From NCBI RefSeq assembly GCF_009834535.1, contig NC_045697.1, positions 57,972,001 to 58,036,000 on the forward strand: a stretch of 64,000 bases of DNA, in the 5' to 3' direction. This document shows, one piece after another, positions 12,371 to 25,623 of this stretch. The position numbers and the translations under genes were made by a program. The DNA comes from Camelus ferus (Eukaryota). Each line of letters starts with the position of its first letter. Position 1 is the stretch's first letter. The notes under the pieces were generated by a model. The model saw only the letters and a program-made list of their open reading frames with translations, searched no databases and was not told where the DNA came from.

Positions 12371-13648
12371 AATCTCAGAGTGAAATATCTCTCAGCTTCA
12401 CCATTATGGTGATGTCTGAGGCTGGAGAAAATAATGAATCTATCCAGACTACCCTCAAGTTTCCATCCAGTGAAAAATACCCAGATGAAGCCCCCACTTT
12501 ATGAGATAAAGGACATCCCTCTCTCATCCCTCCTCTGTCTCTCTCCTCCCTCCACCTCCCTCCATCCTTGTCCGATCGTTTTGCATCTGCTTCCACCTGG
12601 TTTCCAAGACCCAGTCTGGAATTAGGAATTATATCAACTCTCATACTACAACAACCCAGGGCTATTCCAGATCTAGTCACTGAGCTACCAGTTAGTTCTG
12701 GGAGGGGTTCTGGGGTGATTTCTTCACTTTCCTCCTTCTTTCAATGATATACATGTCATTGCTCCTTGAAATGTTCAAAGCTTTGTGGGTCTCCTTTCTC
12801 GCATGGAGAGGGAGTCTTATTCCAGCCCTCATTTCCATGCCGAGTAGCTGGTTCTTTTCCTCTGTCCCAGCGATTTGCTACTCATTGTCTTCACCCCATG
12901 GGAGCTGAAATGTGATGATGCCTTTGTTTACTTAAAGTTCTTCACATTAGGGATGCTCTAAGTTTTAGGACCAACTTTTGAAAGTAATTTTTTAAAATTT
13001 CAGTTTTGTCATGTTTGGAAGAAAGGGGGAAGTTTTAAGTATGAATTGACAAAAAGAGCTATGCTGACAAAAATCTCCTGAGAGCTCACTACTGCTTATG
13101 TTCCCTGTAAGCACATGTTCCCTGTCCTCCAGTCTAGACACCAAAACTTTGACTTAAAAATCAGGCAACATCCATCTTTTTCAGATATCTATATGCTGTA
13201 AAGAAGTTTTAGCCAAAGAAATTGGATAAGTACAATAAAAAATATTCATTAAAAAGAAAAGCATTTAACTCAGTTATTGAAACATCTAAACTTCACTACA
13301 TAAAAAATAATAAAATGAATAATGATAAAATATACCTTAATAACTTCTCTTTTCTTCTTATCCAGAAACAGGGAATAGATCTACAGTAGTTGAACTAAGA
13401 GTTTGCTTCAGATTCTGACTACTTTCTATTTTGTATGTATTTGATCCTGCCATGTATCATTGGCTGCCTTGCAGAAATTTTACACTGAGTCTTCCAACAT
13501 TAATCACAGATGGTCATTATTCTTTTCCTTCTTAATATTGGTAATGGTTGTATAATACTTCTCTCCTTTTCTATCTAACTAGATCCCTGGAAATGTATTT
13601 CTCTCAGTGGGGTCTATATTCCTGCTTTGCTCAGGACAGGTGAAAGAC

Positions 13649-14840
13649 TTTTTTTTTTTAAATTGAAGTATATAGTTGATTTACAATGTTGTGTTAGTTT
13701 CAGGTGTACAGTAAAGTGATTCAATTTTATATGTATATATATATATATGTGTGTATACATATTCTTTTACAGATTCTTTTCCATTAGGTTAGTATAAGAT
13801 GTTGAATATAGTTCCCTGTACTATACAGTAGAAACTTGTTGTTTATCTATTTTGTATATGGTAGTGTGTATCTGCTAATCCCAAGCTCCCTAAATTATCC
13901 TTTCCTCTCTTTTTCCCTTTGGTAACCGTAAGTTTGTTTTCTATATTTGTGAGTCTGTTTCTGTTTTGTAAATAAGTTCATCTGTATCACTTGCTTAGAT
14001 TCCACATACAAGTGATATCACATGGTATTTTTCTTTCTCTTTCTGGTTTACTTCACTTAGTATGACAATCTCCAGGTCCATCCATGTTGCTGCAAATGGC
14101 ATTATTTATTCTTTTTTTACAACTGAGTAATATTCCATTGAGTGTGTGCGTGCGTGTGCATCTGTGTGTGTGTGTGTACATACCACATCTTCTTTATTCA
14201 TTAATCTGTCAAGTGGAAACTTACAGGTATAATTGTCATTATATCCAGATGACATGATACTTTGTAGAGAAAACTCAAAGACTCCACACAAAAACTATTA
14301 GAACTGACAAATGAATTCATCAAAGTAGCAGGATACAGGATTAAATATAGAAATTTGTTCCATTTCTCTACACTAATCATGAAATATCAGGAAGAGAAAG
14401 TAAAAAAAAAAAGAAATTCCTTTTAAAATCTCATCCAAAAAATAAAATATTTAGGAATAAACCTGACCAAGGACCAAGGAAGTGAAAGAATTATATGCTA
14501 AGAACTATAAAACATTGATAAAGAATCTTGAAGTTGATTCAAAGAAGTGGAAAGGTATCCTATGCTCTTGGATTGGAAGAATTAATATTGTTAAAATAGC
14601 CATACTACCCAAAGCAATCTACAGATTTAATGCAATCCCTATCAAATTACCCAGGACATTTTTCACAGAACCAGAACAAATAGTCTTAAAAATTATATGG
14701 GACCAGAAAGACTCAGAATTGCCCAAGCAATCCTGAGGAAAAAGAACAAAGCTGGAAGCATAACTCTCTCAGACTTCAGACAATACTACAAAGCTACAGT
14801 AATCAAAACAGTGTGGTAATAGCACAAAAGCAGACATATG
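13649..14840 (-). mobile_element. L1 with 5' inversion: 3' end on the minus strand (13649-14223) and an ORF2 segment on the plus strand (14225-14840)
   Basis: Poly-T, then antisense 3' UTR, then sense ORF2 (gatgacatgatac; ORF 14482-14736 [29 protein letters not shown]). Flanked by the direct repeat aaagacttttt at 13643-13653 and 14844-14854. Confidence 0.92.
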
Positions 14841-15140
14841 ATAAAAGACTTTTTAAACTAACTTTGTTGGAAAAAAGTTAACATATGTTTCCATCTAAAG
14901 AGTGATCTCCACGGACAAAAGAACACAAATCCCAAGAATCTTCCCACCTAACACTAGTGAATTCTAATCATAATCAGTAGTTTGTTTTGCATTACTGTGT
15001 AGTTACTCCATGGTCAATATCACATAGATCAATTAAATATAGACAGTGTCAAATAATGATAGCACATATAGAAGGGCATAATTCTTACCTTTAAGCAGTC
15101 TATTTAGAAAGACAATGGCTAAAGTTTTCAGTACATTAAT

Positions 15141-15283
15141 CTTTTTTAATAATTTATTTTTCTGAAGGGGGGAGGTAATTAGGCTTATTTATTATGTACT
15201 TTTTGAATGGAGGAACTGGGGATTGAAACCAGGACCCTGTGCATGCTAGGCATGTGCTCTACCACTGAGCTATATCTTCCCCT
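15141..15283 (-). mobile_element. tRNA-Ala-derived SINE (camelid Vic-1 type)
   Basis: Reverse complement reads ggggaagatatagctcagtggtagagcacatgcctagcatgcacagggtcctggtttcaatccccagttcctcca (A box, AGC anticodon loop, B box), then aaataagcctaattacctccccc and an A-rich tail. Imperfect TSD tcagtacattaat/tcagagcattaat. Confidence 0.88.
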
Positions 15284-15299
15284 CTCAGAGCATTAATTT

Positions 15300-15830
15300 T
15301 GTTCTGTGTAGGGTGGACTGAAGGAAGATGGAAGCAACAGAGAGATATGTAGGAGAAAACTGCAGTGGCAATTTTAGGTAACAAGGGCCTAGATCATAAT
15401 GATGGTCTGGGAATGAGAAGAGCAAACCAAGAAACATGTATAAAATAAGAAGGAGTCAACATACTGGACACAGGACCTGAGAAATAAAAAAGAGAAGTAA
15501 AAATGGATGATGGTAAGGATGATAATAGACAAGAACAGCAAGAAAAATAACAACAGGTTACACTTAGTGCTGACTCAACTATTTCAAACAGAGGAAAATG
15601 AAACAATGTTAGCACCAGGGACAGAACCTGGAAAGAGAGTAATTTAAATGAGAAAAATTATTGAATTATAGAAAGTTTTGTGTGACTGTAGGTTATGTAA
15701 AAAGAGAAGCCCTGAGTCAGCTGAAGATAAGAAGTATACACTTTCAAGCATCAGTGGAGACAAAATTTGAAAAGACAGCAAGATAAGGTGGAACAGAGTC
15801 GAAGAATACTCAAGAAACAGAATAAAATGA
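15300..15830 (-). mobile_element. LINE-2 fragment
   Basis: Purine-rich antisense L2 pattern (gtggactgaaggaagatggaagc...actgcagtggcaatt); highly diverged. Confidence 0.5.
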
Positions 15831-16546
15831 GAAATATAGAGTGTAATTTATCTTAGAAGATTTAGTTACTTTTATAAAATCTATATAAGTTCTGAGGACT
15901 TAGACAGAAAGGGAATTTTACATTTTCCTTATCTCTTCAGCAAATAAGTAATGAAGTAATATCTTTTTCTTACTACTTTTTATTTCTAGAACTTTCTTAA
16001 CATGAATATCTATGCTCTAATTGTGTTGCCTAATTGCCAAATAGCATCTCTCAAAAGCTTCGAATCCCTGTGGTAAAAGCCACTATAGGAAACTAAAAAT
16101 TCCATGGGTTCTTTCTGTAAATGCATTCTCATTTTTATCTGTAATTTAATTCAAAAGAAAAGTTATCATTTTAGACATGCAGCAACACGAAGGATGCCTG
16201 AATCCATAATGCCCACTAGAATTATCTCTTTGGAATGTCTCAAAGTACCTTGAAATACACCGTGAATTACAAAACTGCAACGATTTTCCTGGATTTTTTT
16301 TTTCTTTTTTCACGCAACAAAGATCTAAAAAGAATTACTAGGATATGGAGATAATGACCACTCCAGTTTGTTTTGTATTTCTGATTTACTTCAACGCAGT
16401 GTTTTCTAACAAGCTAGCTTATTCGATGTCCCAAAACAAACTTTCAAGTGAACATATTAATATGGAGCTCACATAGTGTCATTTGTGTCCCTTTCTGCCT
16501 TGGCACAAAAGTCTACTCTGCAGAGTGTTCCACAGAGAATTCTGTA

Positions 16547-16562
16547 ACACTGGGTGGCGCTA
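16547..16562 (+). promoter_or_regulatory. Candidate CTCF-like motif
   Basis: acactgggtggcgcta versus the core CCACTAGGTGGCGCTA (2 mismatches), in apparently non-repetitive DNA. Confidence 0.35.
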
Positions 16563-16998
16563 TATACTAACAGAAAAAAAATTTATTTAGCTTGCATATA
16601 GGTTTTTCTAGCTTCAGTTCATCTTTGCAGTCTTGACATTAAGCATCACTAGGTATTATTTTTCTGGTCCTTCTGATATTCCACTCACACAAACGTCTGC
16701 TGCAAATTGGCCTATTAGCAAGGAAATGTCAGCCATGTTGCTCTACCTAGGTAACATGTTCATGATAAAGCATTATGACAAATAAACTGGAAGAAAATAA
16801 AAACATTTGATAGAGAGGCATTTTTCCCTCATGCTGATGACTGAGGATATTTGTTGGGGAGAAACATTAAACAAATTACAAGTTTGCACAGCCAGTGAAT
16901 TCCAGAGTAGCATCACATTTTCTACAACTTGGTTGTTTTTTTTAACAGTGATGTACTAATTCATTAAGTGTAATATTGAAGTTATTTAATTCACTCAC

Positions 16999-17135
16999 CT
17001 GGATCTTTCCAGAGTCACTCGTACAAACTGAGCTATCTTTTTCAGGAAATTGGATACTGAGGCATTTATATTCAGAAGGCATAAATAGAAAGGTTTTCCG
17101 ATATGTTAACAGAGTATTTGTTGTACAACTGAAGA
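16999..17135 (-). other. Candidate internal exon (137 nt) of an unidentified minus-strand transcript
   Basis: Acceptor ccatcttccactgtgcttttcag| and perfect donor CAG|gtgagt on the minus strand; one frame is open throughout. Confidence 0.4.
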
Positions 17136-17234
17136 CTGAAAAGCACAGTGGAAGATGGTATTAATTAAACATTAGAATCTCTAATTAAAATAATAACAGA
17201 ACATAAAATATATTTTTGAGAGCAGGAGTTTATC

Positions 17235-18420
17235 ATTTTTCTCTTACAAGTGAATATAACTAATATGTAGTTATTTTTTAAATTATCAAATAAAGAATAA
17301 CGTTGGCATCTGAATGTGCTCTTTCACCAGCACCCTCCCCCTACACTCACCATTCATACCTAAAACCCAGAAATAAAAGTTGGTGCATCCATCCAGACCT
17401 TTTTACATGTATGAAGTACACTTTTACATATATGCACATTTTTTATTTTATACTAATAGGCTCATACTATGTATATGGTTCAACAATTTGCTTTTTAAAT
17501 TAAAAACATTATAAATATATTTCTGTCAACATAAGGGTCCAATTAATTATTTTTAATGCAGCATGATATTCTATAGCATGGAAAGGTCATAAATTCTTAT
17601 TTTTCTAATTGAATTTTTAGAGCATTTCCCTCCTTATTACAATCATTGTTGCAATAAACATTCTTGTGCATACATCTCTGTGCATGTGTATATTTCTGTT
17701 AGATGGATTTTAGAAGCAGAATTGCTGAGGCCAAGGGGATACATACTTTCCTAGTCTGTCTAATTTTCCATTTTCTTCAATAGTGTTAGGAAGAGTGGTT
17801 TGTTGGAACCTCAACTCCAGTTCTTGGCAAAAAAAACAGTATCAATTTTTAAAAACATCTTCTCATATTTAAGTATTGGGATGCTATATCTCTGCTGTTT
17901 TCATTGCTGAGTACATGTGAAATTGTGGATTGTTGTATATTTGTATTTATGGACTTTCCATTGTAAATTACATATTCATGTCACCTTTGTACATTGGCAT
18001 ACTAGGCTAATTCTTATTTCTATACTGCATTATAAAAGACTTTTATATTATGTAATTCACTTTATGTTAATAATAGCCATCATAAATATTTATTCCAGTC
18101 TGTCATTTGTCTACTAGCACTGTTTAGTGAACATAAGCTAAGCGTCATCTCTATCATTCTTTTGCTTTATAAATTCTCATTCTGTGTCTTACCTAAGAAA
18201 GCATTTTCCATCCCTAAATTTTCAATATATTTGCATTTATTTTTTGCTACTACTTTTATAGTTCAGTTTATTTTATTTCTCTCTTTAATTCTTCTAAAAT
18301 TCAAATTTGTATATGGCATGTAAGAGGGAATTAAACCCTTTTTAGCAAATTTATAGCCAATTTTCCAGACCATTTATTAAAGGGTTGATCCCTTCCCCAT
18401 TGATTTGAAACACTCCTTTA
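17235..18420 (-). mobile_element. Very old L1 3' region (L1ME-like)
   Basis: gcaataaacattcttgtgcatac ... agaagcagaattgctgagg ... ccagaccatttattaaa are antisense L1 motifs. Confidence 0.7.
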
Positions 18421-18715
18421 ATTATGAACTCAAGAAATCTTCGAGCTTTTGAATAAGTGTTTACCTCCTTTGGTTTTATTGCTTGCACTTTGTTTTATTT
18501 TTCTAAAACTTCTGTCATTATAATCAAATGATATTGACAGCATTCATAAGCTAATTTTTAAAACATACTTCATTGCATGGGGTGTCACTTCTCAAGTTAT
18601 GATTCAATTGAGTTAAGCTAAACAAGATTAATATTCTTCAAAAAATGTTAAAATGACTTTTTCTATTTTTAACTTTGTGCCTCAATTCACAGAATGACTC
18701 TAATATTCTTAAAAG

Positions 18716-20215
18716 ATACAGAGCTACAGTAATCAAAACAGCATGGTATTGGCATAAAAACAGACATATGGATCAATGGAACAGAACAGAGAACCTAGAA
18801 ATAAACTAACAGACCTACAGGTCAATTAATCTTTGACAAAGAGGCAAGAATATACAATGGAGAAAAGACAGTCTCTTCAACAAGTGGTGTTGCGAAAGCT
18901 GGACAGCAGCATGTAAATCAATGAGGTTAGAACACTTCCTTATACCAAAACAAAAATAAACTCAAAATGGCTTAAAGATTTAAATGTAAGACAAGATGCA
19001 ATAAACTTCCTAGAGGAAAACATAGGCAAAACATTGTCTGACATAAATCTTAGCCATGTTCTCCTAGGGCAGTCTACCCAGGCAATAGGAATAAAAGCAA
19101 AAATAAATAAATGAACCTTATTAAAGCTTTTGCACAGCAAAGGAAACCATAAGCAAAACAAAAAGACAACCTATGGAATGGGAAAAAATATTTGCAAAAG
19201 AGGAAACTGACAAGGGCTTAATTTCCAGAATATTTAAACAGCTCATACAGCCTAACAAGAAAAAAAACCAACAACCCAATCCAAAAATGGGCAAAAGACC
19301 TAAACAAGCAATTCTCCAAGGAAGAAATACAAATGGCCAAAAGGCACATGGAAAAAATGCTCAGTATCACTAATTATTAGAGAAATGCAAATCAAAACTA
19401 CAATGAGGTATCAACAGTCAGAAAGGCTATCATGAAAAAGTCCACAAATGATAAATGCTGGAGAAGATGTGGAGAAAAGGGAACCCTCTTATACTGCTGG
19501 TGGGAATGTAGTTTGGTGCAGTCATTATGGAAAACAGTACAGAGATTCCTCAAAAAACTAAAAATAGACTTACTGTATGATACAGCACTCCTGGGCATAT
19601 ATCCTGAGGGAACTCTAATTCGAAAGGATACATGCACCTCCATGCTCATAGTAGCACTATATACAATAGTCAAGACATGGAAGCAACCTAAATGTCCATC
19701 AACAGATGACTATATAAAGAAGCTATGGTATATTAATATAATGGAATACTACTCAGCCACGAAAAATAATAAAATAATGCCATTTACAACAACATGGATA
19801 GATCTGGAGATCATCACTCTAAGTGAAGTAAGCCAGAAAGAGAAAAAAAAATACCATATGATATCACTCATATGTGGAATCTAAAAAAAGAAAAAAAGAG
19901 GATACTAATGACCTCATCTACAGAAACAGACTCACAGACATAGTAAACAGACTTACAGTTACCAGGGGAAAGGGGGTGAGAAGGGATAAATTTGGGAGTT
20001 TGAGATTTGCAAATGTTAGGCACTGTATATAAAAATATATTAAAAAAACATAAATTTCTTCTGTATAGCACAGGGAACCATATTCAATATCTTGTAATAA
20101 CCTTTAGTGAAAAAGAATATGAATATAAATACATGTATGTATATGCATGACTGGGACATTGTGCTGTACACCAGAAATTAACACACTGTAACTGACTATA
20201 CTTCAATTTTAAAAA
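18716..20215 (+). mobile_element. Lineage-specific L1, 5'-truncated (ORF2 C-terminal part plus 3' UTR)
   Basis: Frameshifted ORF2 pieces ([28 protein letters not shown] zinc-knuckle-like; KQPKCPSTD); 3' end ctgactatacttcaattttaaaaa. Confidence 0.95.
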
Positions 20216-20624
20216 GTTATTTTTCTCAAGGGATTTAAAAATGACTATCCTGGATCTGGAAACTAACAGTCATATATTGACCTAGGTATGAATCAATTTG
20301 TATTGGAAAGAGAAGAGACAATGGTTTTAGTAGTTTTGCAATTATTTCAATTGTACTTCAGTGGGCATTCTAAAATGTGTCTGTATAGCTTGACTATTTT
20401 AGAATATAAGGTTAAAAAAAATATTTATCTCAGTAACTTAGATGAAGCCTTCTTGAACTAGATAGTTGGCCTTCTGAGACACTTTGTAAAAATATGATTT
20501 TATGATAGTTTCTTGATCCCAGGCCACCTTTTCCATCTGGAATACTTTAAATAGGAAAAATAGTTCTCCACATCTTTGATTACTGCAATTATTGAAAAAA
20601 GCAGCAATATTTACATTACTATAC

Positions 20625-21420
20625 TGTGGGGGTGCTATGAACTGTTTTTATTTACATTTCTAACAACGTATCTGTGGGGTTTTCCTCATATCAACCAATT
20701 TTCCAACTTTTTGGACACCAAATGGGTGACCTACAATTCAATTCAATTCTGCCATCAATTACCTGGGATTAACACACATCCCACAGGTTGAGGGCTCAAT
20801 CCCACAAAACTGCCCCCAGTTTCAGATGCCAATCACAAGTCCTAGGTCTCCCATATTTCTGATTGACTGCTATAAATCAGTTTGATAATTTCCTAGAAAG
20901 ACTCACAGAACTCAGGAGTGGGCTTTACTTACTATTACTAGCTTATTATGAAAGATACACCTCAAGAACAGCCAAAGGGAAGAGATGCAAAGGACGAGGT
21001 GTGGAGGAAGGGCATGTAACTTTCATATTCTCTCTGGGCACATCACCTCCCAGTACCTTAACCTCACTAGCCAGGAGGCTTAATTTCATAGGCATGTTTG
21101 ATTAAGCGGGTGATCATTGGTGATTAACTCAATCTCCAGGTCTCACCTGCCCCAGATGTCAGTGTAACTGAAAGTTACAACTCTCTACACATGCCTTGGT
21201 CTTTCTGTAGACCAGAATCCATCCTGAAACTATTTAGGGGACCCTAAAAATCTAAGAGTCACCTTACTAGCATAAACTCAGGTATGGGTAAAAGGGGCTT
21301 ACTATAAATAATAAAAGATGCACCTATCACCCTTATCACTCAGGAAATTCCAGAGGTTTTAGAAGCTGTTTCAAGGACAAATACCAAATATGTATTTCTT
21401 ATTGTATCTTATTATATTGT
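20625..21420 (-). mobile_element. MER21-like LTR
   Basis: tacaattcaattcaattctg ... cccacaggttgagggctcaatcccacaa ... ctcacagaactcagg ... cactcaggaaattccagaggttttag ... tatttcttatt is antisense MER21-type sequence. Confidence 0.85.
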
Positions 21421-23382
21421 GCTTACACAATAAATAGAATGCAATTCTAATAATATACATATCTATGCTTCTAATATTTGTTTATATGAGAAAAAACACT
21501 AATTTTACAATATTTAAGAATTATTCTCTATATTCAAAACATTAAATATGATTTCTTATAAGCAAAATTTCAGTGAAGTCGTAAGAAGACACTGTGATAA
21601 TCTCTGCGGTAGAATGTATTGATTAAGCAATAAAATGTATCTAAGCATTGTTTGAGTATTTTTCAAATATAAAATACATCCACAAGCAGTGTAGACTATA
21701 ATCCTGTCATAATACATATATTACTGGTTCATAGGTTAGTTTCCTTCAACTTGATTTCATTTTGTGTATAATTGGAGCCATTAAGCTCTACATATAAAAT
21801 CATAAAGATGGCAATCAAAAAACATCGATCATATAAGGTTATTTTGATTCAACTAAATGCATTGTTTGAAAATACCTAATTGAAAGTAGTAATTAATTAC
21901 ATCACGTTAGTGCTTTTATCCCCCTACAGTAATTGTTATTGCTTTAGATATGGGCTCTATACACAGAGCACTCGAGTATCAACAATAAGAACTATTCAAT
22001 GTATTTGTCATTCGACTTTCTTATTTTTAACTTATAATCAATAAACGACCACTCCGATTTCTTCATATCCCTTATATCCATTGGGTTTAAATGTACAGAC
22101 TTTTAAACAGAAACACTGTAAAACCATATTACATTAATTTGTATACTAAAAGCTTAATTTTATAAATAATTATTATTCCATAAGGAAGGAAAGAGGTAAG
22201 ATTATTTACTGTATTGTTTGTATTAATTTAGCTTTTGTAAATTAGTTTGAAGACTAAGCTAAGATTATAATACATAGCTTAATGTTTTGTTTGTAATACG
22301 AATTTAAGCTTGGAAGATTTTATTAAAGTCTAACATAGTTATTCTTATCAATGTTGATTGTTGTAACATATGATAAGGAGAATTGCATTATTTTTATGCA
22401 TATGATCAGATATTGATAGGCTTTAATATTAATATACTTGAGGAAAACATAAGTCACCCATTCCAATGTATGTCTATGCTTGATCTTGCTGAAGAATTTC
22501 CATAGCAATTTTTAATTTTTATTAACATGAAATTTAAGGCTATTTAAATGAAAATTAGCAGATTATATGACTCTATTAAAGTAAGTTAAATACTTTAAAA
22601 CTGTACCTTTATCTTTAAATATATAATTTCTTACTCTAGCATATTTCAAAATCATGTGTTTTCATAGGCATACCTAAATGAGTAATGTAGATAATATAGC
22701 CATACAGACTCCCATTGTCTCTAACAAAGATTTCTTTAAGAAGATTTAATATGTCACTCATAACACCAAATAGACCTTTCATTATAACATGTAGACTAAT
22801 CCTGTTGCTCTATCCACCCTGCTTCTCCACAAATCATGTTCCTAACCATCTTACAAAGACCAGAGAACATCCTACCTGCCATAAGGTATTGCTTTGGATC
22901 TCAGTACAGTGATATAACTGAGGCCAATTTTTAATCTAGGGAATTTCTAAGTGAAAATACTGGATATTTCCATCCAAGGTGCTTGCAAAACTAAGTTAAA
23001 TTCATAAGTTCATGACAGAAACTGAACAGAGGCCTTTCTGTCAGCCTCAAATTTCTCCTCCCATGCCTAAGTTAGGTTCATCACCTATTGCTTTAAGGGA
23101 CTTCATTGCTGGCATTGTTCCAATTAAAGGGAAGTTTGCCTGGGCATTCTATGCTACATGAACATCTTCCTTTGAGTCTGTACCACAGAATCCACTATTT
23201 GATTATAAATTAGGGTGGTGAGAGGATGAATGCAGATTTGTATGTTGCCACTATAACATTTTGAGCTGAAGTTTTCAGGTCTTTGAATTTATAAGCTGTT
23301 TCTTTTATCATTTTTTAATCCCAAGCAATAACAATAAAAAGGTATTATATAAATGCTTATCTTTTAAAATAATTATTTCACA

Positions 23383-23478
23383 TAATTGTAAAGATTAAAT
23401 AATTCATGTATGCAAAATGATTAGAATACAACAGCATGACACATAGTAAGTACTTTACATATAATGGTTGTTATTTTA
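23383..23478 (+). mobile_element. MIR 3' fragment
   Basis: ttgtaaagattaaataa ... gcatgacacatagtaagtact. Confidence 0.6.
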
Positions 23479-24214
23479 TGATAATTAACTTAGAGGAAAT
23501 TATTCAATTTTAGAGAGCAGCTGCCACCAGTGAGAAGTATAGTAAAGAAGGCATTAATCAGAAAAGGTATTTATTATTTGCTTGCCTTAAGAAAATACTC
23601 CTCTCTTTGGTATTTCTCTAAAGAATAAAATATGAATTATTACCTTTGATTAATTTTGGTTGCTAGATTGTGTTTCCCTTTGAATACCAGATTTAGTTTA
23701 ATTTGGACAATAGTGGTCCCAGGTTTTATTTAAGTTTATTTGAAATAACCAAAAATTCCTGATAAAAAGAAGCAACCGGAACAACAGAAGAAAATGTTAT
23801 AGATCAGTGTAGGGGGAGTGGCAAGAGTTGGCAATGAAAGAATTTAAAAAAGAACAAGTCAGAAATGTCAGTTACAACCTACAACTGGATGTTTTGTAAA
23901 TTATTCAAGTTTTGTACCTTTACAGACAGAGGATCTGGTAATTTTTCAGTTAGCTCTTTATTCATTCTCTCTTCAAGGAACGAGCATTCAGGGATAGGCA
24001 GCTGGATTTACACTGATGAAATGACACATCTTTTAATAAGGCTGACATTATGATGAATGTAAGGCACAGGACAAACTAAAAGAGATAGTATATGTCAAAC
24101 TAAAGAGTAGTCCTACCAGGAATGGGGTGCCATGGTAGGATTTTAAGCAAGTAGTGACATTATCAGATTGTATTTCAGAGAAGGTACTTTGGATTCAGTA
24201 GATTAAGTTTATAT

Positions 24215-25070
24215 ATTCAACCAATTAACAAATATATGTTGTTACATGTGCCGGATATTGCACAAGGTGCTCAGGATAGCAAGGTGAACAGGACAAAACC
24301 CAGTCTTTTTCATGGAGCTGACAATCTAGCAGGACATTATGACAACAAACAGGTAAACAAATAAGTAATAAGATTTTAGATAGTGAAATGATCATGAAGA
24401 AAAAAAATGCAGAATTAAGCAACACGGTGTGACTGATAGGTGTGATCCATCGTTGGCATCACTAAACAGCACAGTGATACTGTACTATCTTTGAGGAGTA
24501 ACATCAGATTTGAGACCAGAATGAAGAGAAGGAAGTCACCACCTGAAAGGCTGGAACCAGAGAATGATCAAGTGCAAAGAGCTGAAGGAAGAAAGAGCTG
24601 GGCCTGTTAGAGGAATGGGGAAAGAAGCCAATGTGGATACAGCAAATTGTATGAGAATAAAAGTGGTACAACCAGAGTTTTAAAAGCTAGGTTTCATAGC
24701 TCATGTAGTGTCCAGCATAGGACATGGGAAAGACTACAATTTTATTTTCAGAGTGGGAATCTACTGGTTGATGTTTAAAAATGGAATGATGTGGTCTTAA
24801 TTTTATGTTTAAAACTTAACTTTGAATTGTGAATAAGAATGTATGCAAGAGGAGAAACCACAGTTACAGAGAGATCAGAGGTGATAGGTAGTGGTGGCTT
24901 ATACTAAGTGGTAACAGAGGAGGTGGTGAACACAGAAGTGGAGCTACAGGTACTCCCTGAAAGGATGCATGGAAGGGTTGAGGAAAAAAGAGATCAAAGA
25001 TGATCCCAGTGTTCTAAATTAAGAAAGTAGATTGGTATGGCATGTCATTAACGGAGGAGTAGGAGTAAAT
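24215..25070 (-). mobile_element. LINE-2 3' portion
   Basis: attcaaccaattaacaaatat ... gtgaacaggacaaaacc ... catggagctgacaatctag ... tcaaagatgatcccag. Confidence 0.75.
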
Positions 25071-25623
25071 TTGCGTATATACAGTTAGGGCTACAACTGA
25101 AATGTAACATGGCCTCATGAAAAGATGCAAGAGTCATATCAGGGCTGTGATGTTAGAGGAGTCCAGGTTATATTCAAAGACTACATGTCTTTCTCCATTT
25201 AACAAGTCTTCATTTCCCAAGATTAATTGCTCTCAAGTCTGTTCTTTTATTGACCAAAGCTACTATAGTCTAGTTTTCCCTTAGTAGTAATACTTACTTT
25301 ATTGAGTTACTGTGAGAAATAAATCAGATAGAAACATACTTTGCACAGTCAGGTTATATGAAGTATCCCTTTATGAAAAATATTGGCAAAGTTGTATGTT
25401 TCAATATAGTAATATGTTGTGTCCTATGAATATTATTATTATTAAGCAGTATTTATTTACTTAATAAATTTTAATTATCATTTATGATGTATTAGATACT
25501 ACTCTACATGTATTTAACATAGAAATGAAAAGGATTGATACAATTAACCTACTCATGAAGTATTCTTTTAAGAATTCTATTAATTTTAGATAGAAAAGCC
25601 AAATAATATACAAATAAATAATT

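Noticed and set aside
15208..15282. Functional tRNA-Ala gene
   Set aside because: Stem mismatches and an altered T-loop (GTTTCAA), plus a SINE body, A-rich tail and TSD, show it is a SINE head.
22876..22947. Further minus-strand exon-like segments (here and about 63193-63456)
   Set aside because: Splice signals are only moderate, and such pairs are expected by chance in 64 kb of AT-rich DNA.
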